A stretch of 39,200 nucleotides of DNA from an uncultured Acetobacteraceae bacterium (GTDB lineage Bacteria > Pseudomonadota > Alphaproteobacteria > Acetobacterales > Acetobacteraceae). A program made the translations under genes and the position numbers. The notes below the pieces were generated by a model, which worked only from the letters and a program-made list of their open reading frames with translations, ran no database searches and was not told the DNA's origin. This document shows, in pieces, positions 9,573 to 19,263 of this stretch. The DNA is taken from assembly GCA_964247035.1 (NCBI GenBank), contig CAXTTH010000001.1, forward strand, positions 1 through 39,200, written 5' to 3'. Numbering within the stretch: position 1 is the stretch's first letter; each line of letters starts with the position of its first letter.

Positions 9573-11130
9573 CGGTTGGCCGGTGGGGGGAGGCGTGGCG
9601 ATCGACAGCATCATTGAGGTCCGCAATGTCGAGAAGCGGTATGGCGGCGCGTTTGCCCTGAAGGGCGTATCACTCACGGTCGCTCGGGGCACGGTACACG
9701 GCTTGCTCGGCGAAAACGGCGCGGGCAAATCGACGCTGGTGCGCATCATCGCCGGGCTCACGCCACTAAGCGGCGGCGACGTGCTGCTCGACGGGGTGGA
9801 CGTCGGCGTTGCCGACGTGCGCGAGATGGAGAGCCGCGGCGTGTTCCTGGTGACGCAGGAACCGATGATTGTCGAGCCGATGACGGTCGCCGACAACCTA
9901 ATGCTCGGCCGCTGGCCGGCCGTGCGCGGCTTCGTGCGGCAGGGCGAGATGCTGCGCCTCTCCGCCTCGTTCCTGCACGACGCGCGGCTCGATCCGCGTC
10001 GCCGGGCCGGCTCGCTGACCGCGGTCGAGAAGCGCAAGCTGAATATCCTTCGTGCCCTGCACAGCGGCGGACGCTTTATCATCCTCGACGAGCCGACGAC
10101 GGCGCTGACGGTCGACGACAAGTCGCAGCTCTTCGAGTTCATGCGCCGGCTGGTGCATCAGGGCGTCTCGTTCCTGTTTATTTCGCACTACAACGAGGAG
10201 ATCCTCGAGATCTGCGACGAGGTCTCGGTGCTGCGCGACGGTCGGATGATCGCCGAGCGACAGACGGTCTCGCACCTCAACTCCGACGCGCTGAGCGAGA
10301 TGGTCGTCGGGCGCGACGTGCGGCTGTTTCACCGCGTGCTGTCGGCCGCAGAGAAGCCTAGGGCCTGGTCGTTCCGCGTCCGGGCACCAGGCTTGCAGGT
10401 GGACCGGTTGGAGCTGCGTCGCGGCGAGATCGTCGGGTTTGCCGGCCTGCCCGGCTCCGGAGCGAGGGAGCTCGGGCGCGCCATCTACGGCTTGCTGCCG
10501 GGTGCGAAAGGCGAGATCGAGGAGGGCGGTGTCTCGCGCCCCCTGCCGCACGATCCAGCCGAGGCGCTGCGGTCCGGCATCGCGTTTCTTTCCGAGGACC
10601 GGTTGCGCGACGGCGTGGTCCCAATCGGCTCGATCGGCCAGAACATGGGGCTTTCTAGCCTGCCAGCGCTATCCCGCTTCGGCATGATGTCGCGCCCCGC
10701 CGAGGTCCAACTCATCGAGCGGTTCACCCGGCTGTTCGCAATCAAGGCGCGCTCGGCCACCGCGCCGATCTCCTCGCTCAGCGGCGGCAATCAGCAGAAG
10801 GTTTTGCTTGCCCGCCTGGTCGCTACCCAGCCGCGCCTCGTCATCCTTAATGAGCCGACCCGTGGCATCGACGTCGGCGTTAAGGAAGAGGTGCATCGCC
10901 TGGTGGACGGCCTGACGCGGCAGGGCGTTCCGGTGATCGTCATTACCAGCGACCTCGACGAGATGCTGCGCGTGGTCGACCGGGTGGCCCTGTTCGTCGG
11001 TGGCCGGATCTCCTCCGTCGTGCCCGCGAGCGGCCTGACCAAGGAGGACGTCTTCGCCGCCGCCTACTCTACGGGCCAGCCGCCTATGTGCCCCGCTACG
11101 CCCATGCCGATCAGAGGAGTTGCATCATGA
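9565..11130 (+). CDS. Sugar ABC transporter ATP-binding protein (RbsA-like, two NBDs)
   Basis: GENGAGKST, ILDEPT, LSGGNQQK, EPTRGIDVG. The start is uncertain (ATG 9565 or GTG 9595). Confidence 0.92.
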   Translation: MSSGWPVGGGVAIDSIIEVRNVEKRYGGAFALKGVSLTVARGTVHGLLGENGAGKSTLVRIIAGLTPLSGGDVLLDGVDVGVADVREMESRGVFLVTQEPMIVEPMTVADNLMLGRWPAVRGFVRQGEMLRLSASFLHDARLDPRRRAGSLTAVEKRKLNILRALHSGGRFIILDEPTTALTVDDKSQLFEFMRRLVHQGVSFLFISHYNEEILEICDEVSVLRDGRMIAERQTVSHLNSDALSEMVVGRDVRLFHRVLSAAEKPRAWSFRVRAPGLQVDRLELRRGEIVGFAGLPGSGARELGRAIYGLLPGAKGEIEEGGVSRPLPHDPAEALRSGIAFLSEDRLRDGVVPIGSIGQNMGLSSLPALSRFGMMSRPAEVQLIERFTRLFAIKARSATAPISSLSGGNQQKVLLARLVATQPRLVILNEPTRGIDVGVKEEVHRLVDGLTRQGVPVIVITSDLDEMLRVVDRVALFVGGRISSVVPASGLTKEDVFAAAYSTGQPPMCPATPMPIRGVAS

Positions 11131-12137
11131 CGAGTGCCAGGTCGCCGGCGGTGTCCGAGGTGCTGACCCTGCCGGCCCGCACGCGCCGGTCGGAGTTCAC
11201 GCTCCATCTGCTGCTGAAGAATATCGTCTGGGTCTGGCTGGTGGCACTCGTCGCTATCTTCGGAGGCCTGAACAGCTTCTTCTGGTCGACCGCGAACCTG
11301 CAGAACATCATGACGCAGGCGACCGTGCTCGGCCTGCTCGCGCTCGCCGCCTCGCTGCCGCTGCTGGTCGCCGAGATCGACCTCTCGATCGCCGGCAACC
11401 TCGGCATCTCCTCGATGCTCGGGGCGCTGACGCTGTCCGGCACCGGGCTGCCGGCGCTCGCCTGTGCCGGCATCGGCATCGGCGCGGCGACGCTGATCGG
11501 CTTCGTCAACGGTTTTTGCATCACCCGGCTGCGCATGGTGTCGTTGATCGAGACGCTTGGCATGATGATCATTCTGCAGGGCGGCCTGCTCGCCATCACC
11601 CAGGGCTCGACATTCACCAACTTTCCGACCTCCTACCTGTGGGTTGGGCAGACAACGCTTGGCGGCTGGCCGGTGATGCCGGTGGTGCTGTTGCTCGCCT
11701 TTGTCTGCATGGCGGTGCTGCTCCGTCGCTCGGTGTTTGGCCGCCAGCTTTACGCGACCGGCGGAAACGCCGCGGCCGCGCACGTAGCCGGCATCCGCGT
11801 CGACCGGGTGAAAATTTTGGCCTTCACCCTGTCCGGGTTCCTCGCAGGCCTTGCGGGCTACCTGCTCGCCTCGTGGCAGATGGCGATCACCTCGGACCAG
11901 GGCGAGGGCTTCCTGCTTTACTCAATCGCGGCCCCAATCATCGGCGGCGTTAGCGTGTTCGGCGGCCGCGGCAATGCGCTCGGCATTCTTGGCGGCGTGC
12001 TGCTGATCACTGTGATCCATGTCGGGCTCGCGATTATCAACGTGCCGTCCTTCTACGTCGACATGATCGGCGGCTTCCTGATCTTCATCGCCGTCGCGGT
12101 CGACGCGCTGCGGGTCGGCGTCATCGGAAGCCGCTGA
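11127..12137 (+). CDS. Sugar ABC transporter permease (RbsC-like)
   Basis: Hydrophobic protein with IDLS, FGRQLYATGGN..AA..AGI and IAAPIIGGVSVFGGRG. ATGA overlaps the ATPase stop. Confidence 0.93.
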   Translation: MTSARSPAVSEVLTLPARTRRSEFTLHLLLKNIVWVWLVALVAIFGGLNSFFWSTANLQNIMTQATVLGLLALAASLPLLVAEIDLSIAGNLGISSMLGALTLSGTGLPALACAGIGIGAATLIGFVNGFCITRLRMVSLIETLGMMIILQGGLLAITQGSTFTNFPTSYLWVGQTTLGGWPVMPVVLLLAFVCMAVLLRRSVFGRQLYATGGNAAAAHVAGIRVDRVKILAFTLSGFLAGLAGYLLASWQMAITSDQGEGFLLYSIAAPIIGGVSVFGGRGNALGILGGVLLITVIHVGLAIINVPSFYVDMIGGFLIFIAVAVDALRVGVIGSR

Positions 12138-12176
12138 CCTGCAAGGAGCTAAGATCCAAACTTAGGAGAGCAAGCA

Positions 12177-13673
12177 ATGACCTACATCGGCAAGGATAGC
12201 GTAATCAGCCCCGCGAACCGCGAATTTCTCAAGCGGCGGCACCGGCTGCTGATCGGCGGCGAGTGGTCGGACGCTCGTTCGGGCAAGACCTTCGCCGTGT
12301 TCAACCCCTCGGACGGCAAAGAAATCGCACGAGTCGCCGAGGGCGGCGTGGAGGACGTCGACCGTGCTGTCGTCGCCGCTCGGCGCGCCTTCGAGGACGG
12401 ACCGTGGGCCAGGATGAAACCGGTCGAGCGCGGCAAGCTCGTCTGGCGGCTCGCCGATTTATTGGAGGCGCATGCCGACGAGCTCGCCCAGCTCGAAAGC
12501 ATCGACAACGGCAAGCCGGTCACCGACGCGCGCAACAGCGATGTCACCTTCTCCTACGAGCTGCTGCGCTACATGGCCGGCTGGGCGACCAAGCTGACCG
12601 GCGAGAGCATCCCGGTTTCGCTGCCCGGTGACTGGCTTTGCTACTCGCTGCGGGAGCCGGTCGGCGTCGTCGGCCAGATCATCCCGTGGAACTTTCCGTT
12701 GATGATGGCGACGTGGAAGATCGCGCCAGCGCTCGCTGTCGGCTGCACGATCGTTCTCAAGCCGGCGGAGCAGACGCCGCTCACCGCCCTTCGCCTCGGC
12801 GAGCTGGCACAGGAGGCAGGCTTGCCGGACGGCGTGCTGAACGTGGTCACCGGCGATGGCACGGCGGGTGCGGCGCTGGCCGCCCACCCGGACGTCGACA
12901 AGGTCGCGTTCACCGGCTCGACCGAGGTCGGCAAGCTCGTCGTCAAGGCGGCTGCCGGCAACCTCAAGAAGGTCAGCCTTGAGCTCGGCGGCAAGTCGCC
13001 CGTCATAGTGTTTCCGGACGCCGACATGGACGTGACGATCCCGGGCACCGCCTCGGGCATCTTCTTCAACAGCGGGCAGTGCTGCACCGCCGGATCGCGC
13101 ATGCTCGTCCACAAGCGGGTATTTGATAAGGTGATGGCGGGGCTTGCCGAGCAGGTGCCGCGGTTCAAGGTCGGTCCGGGCCTTGATCCGGAGACGCGCA
13201 TCGGCCCGCTCGTCTCTCAGGAGCAGCTTGACCGCGTGACCTCCTACATGGAGGCCGGCAAGCGCGACGGTGCCGAGGTGGTGACCGGTGGCGAGCGCTG
13301 GGGCTCGGAGGGCTACTTCGTGACCCCCACCGTATTCGCCAATACTAATCCGCAAATGTCCGTCGTGCGCGAGGAGATCTTCGGCCCCGTCATCTGTGCG
13401 ATGCCGTTCGACGACGACGACCTAGCGCGCATCGCCGCGGAGGCAAACGCTACGCCGTTTGGGCTCAGCGCGAGCATCTGGACCAGGGACATCGGCGTCG
13501 CTCACAAGCTCGCGCGCAAGATCAAGGCCGGCACGGTCTGGATCAACGCGCACCTGCCGAACGACGTCGCGCTGCCGTTCGGCGGCTACAAGCAGTCCGG
13601 TTGGGGCCGCGAGATGGGGCGCGAGGCGCTCGAGCTCTACACCGAGGTCAAAGCGGTCGCCGCTAACCTCTAG
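12177..13673 (+). CDS. NAD(P)-dependent aldehyde dehydrogenase
   Basis: IIPWNFP, FTGSTEVG, LELGGKSP, NSGQCC (catalytic Cys), EEIFGPV, and AGGAG RBS. Confidence 0.96.
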   Translation: MTYIGKDSVISPANREFLKRRHRLLIGGEWSDARSGKTFAVFNPSDGKEIARVAEGGVEDVDRAVVAARRAFEDGPWARMKPVERGKLVWRLADLLEAHADELAQLESIDNGKPVTDARNSDVTFSYELLRYMAGWATKLTGESIPVSLPGDWLCYSLREPVGVVGQIIPWNFPLMMATWKIAPALAVGCTIVLKPAEQTPLTALRLGELAQEAGLPDGVLNVVTGDGTAGAALAAHPDVDKVAFTGSTEVGKLVVKAAAGNLKKVSLELGGKSPVIVFPDADMDVTIPGTASGIFFNSGQCCTAGSRMLVHKRVFDKVMAGLAEQVPRFKVGPGLDPETRIGPLVSQEQLDRVTSYMEAGKRDGAEVVTGGERWGSEGYFVTPTVFANTNPQMSVVREEIFGPVICAMPFDDDDLARIAAEANATPFGLSASIWTRDIGVAHKLARKIKAGTVWINAHLPNDVALPFGGYKQSGWGREMGREALELYTEVKAVAANL

Positions 13674-13684
13674 TCGGCCGAGCC

Positions 13685-13712
13685 GGCCCGGGCACAGCGT
13701 TGCGCCCGGGCC
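13685..13712 (+). terminator. GC-rich hairpin between the ALDH and SDR genes
   Basis: GGCCCGGGC-N10-GCCCGGGCC. There is no immediate U-tract, so it may be a stability or pause element rather than a terminator. Confidence 0.35.
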
Positions 13713-13742
13713 TCGACCGGCACCAGCTTTTAGGAACGCGGC

Positions 13743-13960
13743 ATGCAGATCGAACTGCGCAACCAGCGCGTACTAGTCACGGCGGGAGCGTCCGGCATCG
13801 GGCTTGCGATCGGCCTGGCATTTGCCCAGTCCGGCGCCAGGGTCCACGTGTGCGACGTCGACGAGGAGCGGCTCGCGCGGGCGCGCCAGGAAGGCCTTGC
13901 AGCAAGTATCGCGGACGTTGCGTCGGCCGACCAGGTTGATGCCCTTTACAATCGGATTCA
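13743..13960 (+). pseudogene. Short-chain dehydrogenase/reductase, 5' fragment truncated by IS5
   Basis: VLVTAGASGIGLAI Rossmann motif and ADVAS..QV. The frame runs into an IS end after about 73 codons, with no YxxxK. Confidence 0.9.
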
Positions 13961-14801
13961 GAGCCTGTTTGATCACGCGGCCATGTATTCGGAACGCTGG
14001 TAGGCGCGCAATAGGCGATGGCAGTTGGCGAGGCTGATGGCGTCCTCGGCGGCTGCTGGGCTTTGCTCCAGGTTGCGGGTCAGGCGGTGCCAGCGGTTGG
14101 CCAGCGTGCCGAACGTTGCCTCGATGCGCCAGCGCAGCGGCAACGGCCTGAAGCCCGTCACGTCGGCGTCGCGGGTTGTGACCTGCACGTCCACGCCGTG
14201 TTCCGTCGCGGCCTGCGCCATGCGTGGGCCGACGTAGATGCCATCGACCTTGACGCGCTCGATGGACCAGCCGTCCCCAGCCGCAAGCGCCAGCAGCGCG
14301 GCCACCGGCTGCGTGTCGTGCGTGTTGGCCGCCGTGATCAGGATCGCCAGCACGAAACCCAGCGAGCACGTCAGCACATGGCGCTTGATGCCGAGCAGCT
14401 TCTTGTTGCCGTCCACGCCGCGCGGTCCCGCCTGCGGCCCCGACGACACGCTCTGGCTGTCCAAAATGGCCGTCGTCGGCTCGGGCGCCCGGCCCTGCCT
14501 GGCGCGCACGGCCCGTGTCAACAGGCCAGCGATGTCAGTTCAGAGGCCGTCGGCCCGGAAGCGGTCGTGCCAGCTCCGCACGGTCTGCCAGGAACCGAAC
14601 TCCTTGGGCAGGAAACGCCAGGGGCAGCCCGCCTTCTCCAGATACAGGCAGGCGTTGACGAGTTCGCGCAGGTCCGCCGTCAGCGTCGCGTAGCCGCGCA
14701 GCACGGGTTCAGTCGTCTGCCACTCCGCATCCGTAAGATCGCTCGGGTAGCACTGGAACAAGCGAACACGGGGACATACACATGAAACCCGGCTGTAGTG
14801 C
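13961..14801 (-). mobile_element. IS5-family (IS1031-like) element, inactive, upstream end missing
   Basis: End GAGCCTGTTTGATC after TCA and a transposase on the minus strand. The other IR is replaced by an IS630 end. Confidence 0.8.
13973..14761 (-). pseudogene. IS5-family transposase with an in-frame nonsense codon
   Basis: YPSDLTDAEW, GCPWRFLP, ILDSQSV, GIKRH, VDGIY, RWRIEATFG. TGA at 14540-14542 sits where Trp is expected (DGL*TDIA). Confidence 0.9.
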
Positions 14802-15151
14802 TAGAGCGCGTCCTTACCGACCAGAGTTGAAGGGCTTGCCCGACGCGGCGCTGATCTGATTCAAGCTGCTGGCTGGGTTTGGAGGCCAGCGCTCATGGCC
14901 AAGACGTATGGAGAGGACTTGCGCGGTCGGGTGATCGCGGCGGTGGACGGCGGCATGTCACGCAGTACCGCAGCCGTGCGGTTTGAGGTTGGCAAGGCGA
15001 CGGCGATTGCCTGGCTGCGGGCCTGGCGCGACGACGGGCGCAGCGCTGCCAAGCCGAAGGGGGGCGACACCTGCTCGCACCGGATCGAGGCGTTCAGCGC
15101 GGTGATCCTGGCGGCTGTAAAGGCTCGCAAGGACATCACCCTGGACGAGCT
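14802..15151 (+). mobile_element. IS630-family fragment (left end plus N-terminal HTH, CDS from 14895)
   Basis: TAGAGCG end at a TA dinucleotide, and MAKTYGEDLRGRVIAAVDGGMSRSTAAVRFEVG...DITLDEL. Cut by a Tn3 end at 15152. Confidence 0.85.
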
Positions 15152-17081
15152 GGCCCGTTCCCAACAGTCGTGACACCAGCCGCCATTTCGAGTCATGCGA
15201 GAGCGGCGATGCGGGTTCGCATGTCGAGTTCCTGGCGGCCGTAGGGGTTGACGTGTTCCCAGATCAGCGGGGTGAGCGCCTTGCGGTCGCGATCCGTCAG
15301 CCGGCCGGCCCAGTGCGGCCGCGCGAGCACCTGCTGGAGCATGAGCGTGTTCACGAACACCATGCAGTTCTGCAGCAGGTGCAGGCTGAGCATGCTGACT
15401 TCATGGTCTTCGCGGCGGTTGCTCGACATCTCGCCGCGGCGAGCGAAGAACACGAAGTCGTTGGCGCTGTTCCAGTGCTCGACCACGTTCAGCCCGTCGT
15501 TGATCTCGCGTCGGACCGCCTCGTCCGAAAGGTAGCGGCAGAGAAAGCAGGTCTTGATGGCCTTCCCCAGCTCCAGCAGCGCCTTGTAGGTTGGGTGCTG
15601 GACGTTCTCGCGGGTGAAGCGCCGCAAGATCACATCGGCCTCCGCCGTGCCCAGGCGCAAGGCGGTCGCGTACTTGACCATCTCGTCGTAGTGCCGGCGG
15701 ATCAGCTCCCAGTCGATCGGCCGCGACAGCACGGGCTGCAGGCGGGGGTAGAGGTCGGGCTGTCCGGCATCGGGCCGATAGAGGCGCTGCTTGCCGATGC
15801 GCTTGAGCCGGGGCATGAGCTGGAAGCCAAGCAGCTTGGTGAACGCAAACGCCACGACCGACTGCCCGTGGCTGTCCACGTATTGCCGGTCCACCGCCAT
15901 CTCGGTGCAGTGGCGCAGCACGCCCTCGATCATGCTGGCCACCTCGGACGAGGAGGGCGACTTCAGCTGCGAATGGAGGCACAGCGAGTTGCGTTCGACG
16001 TGCCAGTAGATCATCACCCCGCGCCCGCCATACCGGACGTGCCGTTGAGTGGTGAGGTTCTGGTCCCAGGCGCCGAAGTGCTTGCTGTCGGACGCGCAGG
16101 CCGTGGTGCCCTCGCCCCAAAGCAGCGGATTGCGCGCGCGCAGCGTGCCGTTGGTCACCACGGCGATGGCCTCGCGCAGCCGGTCCGGCGTGAGGTAGCG
16201 CCGGCGCACGTAGGCAAGGTCGCGGTAGCTCGGGCCGCCGTCGCGCGAGGTGTCCAGCCGCCGCAGGCCCGCATTGGTGCCGAGGCCATACAGGCACAGC
16301 AGCAGCCGCGGCCGCAGCTCGGTGCGGTCAAGGGTCTCATAAGCCGTGGGGCTGCCCAGCGCGTCGGTGAAGCCGAGCCGCAGGTCGGCTTCCTTGACCA
16401 TGTCGAGCAGGCCCGTCATCGGCCAGTCCGCCGTCACCTCGGCTTTGACGGCGTCGATGTTCTCCGGGTCGGACCGGGCCCGCAGCGGCGACACCGTGAT
16501 CCAGCCCCCACGACGGTTCGTGATCCTGACATGCGGGTTGCGCGGCAAGCCGGCATCGAGCCGGGCAAGGCCCGCGCGCATGTCCGCTTGCAGGCCGGCG
16601 ATGAACGTGTCGGCGTCGAGCGGCAGCCCGAGCGCCTCGTAATACGGCGCGCGCCGGTCCGCGAAGTCGGCGGGCAGGTCTTCATCCGGATTGCGGTAGC
16701 GGTCGGCGCCGATCACCCAGACCTCCTTGGAGCGCAGCCGCTCGCGCAGCGCCTCCAGCACGCAGATCTCGTAGGTGATCCGGTTGACGCGCGGCTTGCC
16801 CTTGGGGCCGGGGTCGAGCACAGCATCCCGCCAGAGCGGGCGCACGACGCCCTCCATCGGCACGGTCTCGTGGGCGGGGATGTGGCGCTGCCGCGTTGCG
16901 GCATACCGCCGGACCAGCGCGAGCGCCTCGATCACCGGCCGATGCACGGCGTTGTTGGAGCGGAAGTCGAGGGCATCGAGGAGCTTGGGCACCATGCGCC
17001 GGTAATGCCCGGCATAGGAGCTGCGGATCGTGGTGCGCAGGCTCGTGCGGTAGGTCGGCCCGGACTGCCACTCGCGGACTA
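15152..17081 (-). mobile_element. Tn3-family transposon fragment (one end plus the 3' two-thirds of tnpA)
   Basis: A ~40-bp end GGCCCGTTCCCAACAG...TTTCGAG lies just after the tnpA stop. The 5' part was removed at an IS5 insertion in CTAG (17079-17082). Confidence 0.8.
15193..17081 (-). pseudogene. tnpA: Tn3-family transposase, N-terminally truncated
   Basis: [15 protein letters not shown] and LNVVEHWN give the DDE triad. The frame continues upstream of 16995 ([12 protein letters not shown]...) to the IS5 junction. Confidence 0.9.
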
Positions 17082-17841
17082 GGGTCGAGACTCATTCAGG
17101 TCCACCACATGACGATGGCCACGAGTGCGACGGCTGATGCGTAGTTGATGGCGAGCTTGTCGTAGCGGGTTGCGATGCGGCGCCAATCCTTGAGCCGGCA
17201 GAACATCCGCTCGACGGCGTTCCTCGTCCGGTAGGCTGTCTGATCAAACGGGTGCAGCCGCTTGCGCGTTGGATTGTTGGGGATAACCGGCAGCGTGCCA
17301 CGGCCCTTGAGGAAGGAGCGCAAGCCGTCGCTGTCGTAGCCTGCATCGGCAAGACAAGCGTCAGATGGCGGTAATGGGGCGAGCAGACCGTGAGCTGGCC
17401 GGTGATCGCTGACCTGCCCGCCAGTGATGGTGAACGCGACCAAGCGGCCGATCGCATCGGCTACGCCGTGGATTTTGGTCCCTGGCCCGCCTCGTGAGCG
17501 TCCGATGGCTTGGGCCTGGGCCCCCCTTTTCCGCCCGCTGATGCGCGCTGCGCCTTGGCCGTCGCGCTGTCGATGGCCTGGATACCGCCGGGCGTCACCT
17601 CCACCAACGCTGCGAACAGACCCTGCCAGATGCCGCGCTTGGACCATCGATGGAACCGGTTGTAGACCGTGGTCGAAGGACCGTAGATCGCTGGCGTGTC
17701 CTGCCACCGGCACCCGATCTTCAGCACGTGGACGACGCCGCTGAGCACGCGACGATCGTCCACCCGCTTCGCACCAGGCTGGTTGGTTGGCAGAAGCGGC
17801 TCTATCGCCGCCCACTGCTGATCGCTGAAGAAGAACTCCGA
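17082..17841 (-). mobile_element. IS5-family (IS427-type) element with two-frame transposase; start removed by IS256
   Basis: End GGGTCGAGACTCATT after TA. orfA: SDQQWAAIEPLLP...DDRRVLSG...IDS. Slippery GGAAAAGGGGGG near 17520-17532. orfB: IGRSRGG.GTKIH, ADAGYDSD, RNAVERMFCRLKDWRRIATRYDK. Confidence 0.88.
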
Positions 17842-19263
17842 GGTTGTGTCCCAGGGCGTGGTGTAGGAGCTGTGGGTAAGTAGCTCGTTGGAGCGACCGC
17901 CAAGCGTCTGGCGCAGGCGGGCTACTTACCCACAGCGGTGATCACCGCGGCGGCGCTGGGTAGGGTCGGGTTGCAACACGCACCTCTAGCCCGAGGACCA
18001 CCACGATGACCGACGACAAGATCGCCCTTCGCGAGCTGCTGGAGAAGGGTTCCGACGCGACTTTCCTGCGCGAGATGATCGGCTTTGCCGCCGAACGCCT
18101 GATGGCGCTGGAGACCGAGACGCTATGCGGTGCCGGACCCGGCGAGCGCAGCCTTGGGCGAACCAACCAGCGCAACGGCTATCGCGACCGCGACTGGCAG
18201 ACACGGGCTGGCACGGTTGAGCTGCGCATCCCCAAGCTGCGCCACGGCAGCTATTTCCCAGGCTTTCTGGAGCCCCGCCGCATGGCCGAGAAGGCGCTGA
18301 CGGCGGTGATCCAGGAAGCCTACATTCAAGGCATCTCGACCCGCTCCGTCGATGACCTGGTCAAGGCTCTCGGCATGGAGGGCATCAGCAAGAGCCAAGT
18401 CTCCCGCCTGTGCGGCGAGATCGATGAGCGTGTGCACGCCTTCCTCGACCGGCCGATCGAAGGCGATTGGCCCTATGTCTGGTTGGATGCCACCTACGTC
18501 AAAGTCAGGCGTGACCACCAGATCGTCTCCGTCGCAGTGATCGTGGCCGTCGGCGTCAATACTGATGGCCGGCGCGAAGTGCTGGGCATGACCACAGGCC
18601 ACAGCGAGGCAGAACCCTTCTGGGTCGAGTTCCTGCGCAGCCTGGCCCGGCGCGGCTTGCGCGGCACCAAGCTGGTGATCTCCGACGCGCATGAGGGACT
18701 GAAAGCCGCCATCACCAAGATCCTCAGCCCCACCTGGCAGCGGTGCCGCGTGCACTTCATGCGTAACGCCATGGCCTACGCAGGCAAAACACAGCGCCGC
18801 ATCGTGTCGGCCTGGATCGGAACCGCGTTCGCCCAGGATGACGCACCGGCTGCCCGCAAACAGTGGCGCGAGGTTGCCGATCAAATGCGCCCCCGCGTGG
18901 CCAAACTGGCAGCCCTGCTCGACCACGCCGAAGAGGACGTGCTGGCCTACATGGGCTTCCCCGCCCAACATCGAGCCAAGATACACTCCACCAACCCAAT
19001 CGAGCGACTGAACGGCGAAATCAAACGGCGAAGCGACGTCGTCGGCATCTTCCCCAACGAAGCCGCGGTTACCCGGCTAATCGGCGCGATCCTGCTGGAG
19101 CAAAATGATGAGTGGGCCGTTCAGCGCGCCCGCTACATGACGCTGGAAACCAGCGCGCCACTCAGCGATGATCTCACCGTCAGCCTGCCAGCATTGGCAG
19201 CCTGATCGAGCAGCCAACCCTGCTCAGTAGCGCTGTTCCTACACCACGGCTCGGGACATGATC
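17842..19263 (+). mobile_element. IS256-family insertion sequence, apparently complete
   Basis: Imperfect IRs GGTTGTGTCCCAGGGCGTGGTGTAGGA and TCCTACACCACGGCTCGGGACATGATC. The flanks do not form a target duplication. Confidence 0.85.
18006..19205 (+). CDS. IS256-family (Mutator) transposase
   Basis: [42 protein letters not shown]. Confidence 0.97.
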   Translation: MTDDKIALRELLEKGSDATFLREMIGFAAERLMALETETLCGAGPGERSLGRTNQRNGYRDRDWQTRAGTVELRIPKLRHGSYFPGFLEPRRMAEKALTAVIQEAYIQGISTRSVDDLVKALGMEGISKSQVSRLCGEIDERVHAFLDRPIEGDWPYVWLDATYVKVRRDHQIVSVAVIVAVGVNTDGRREVLGMTTGHSEAEPFWVEFLRSLARRGLRGTKLVISDAHEGLKAAITKILSPTWQRCRVHFMRNAMAYAGKTQRRIVSAWIGTAFAQDDAPAARKQWREVADQMRPRVAKLAALLDHAEEDVLAYMGFPAQHRAKIHSTNPIERLNGEIKRRSDVVGIFPNEAAVTRLIGAILLEQNDEWAVQRARYMTLETSAPLSDDLTVSLPALAA

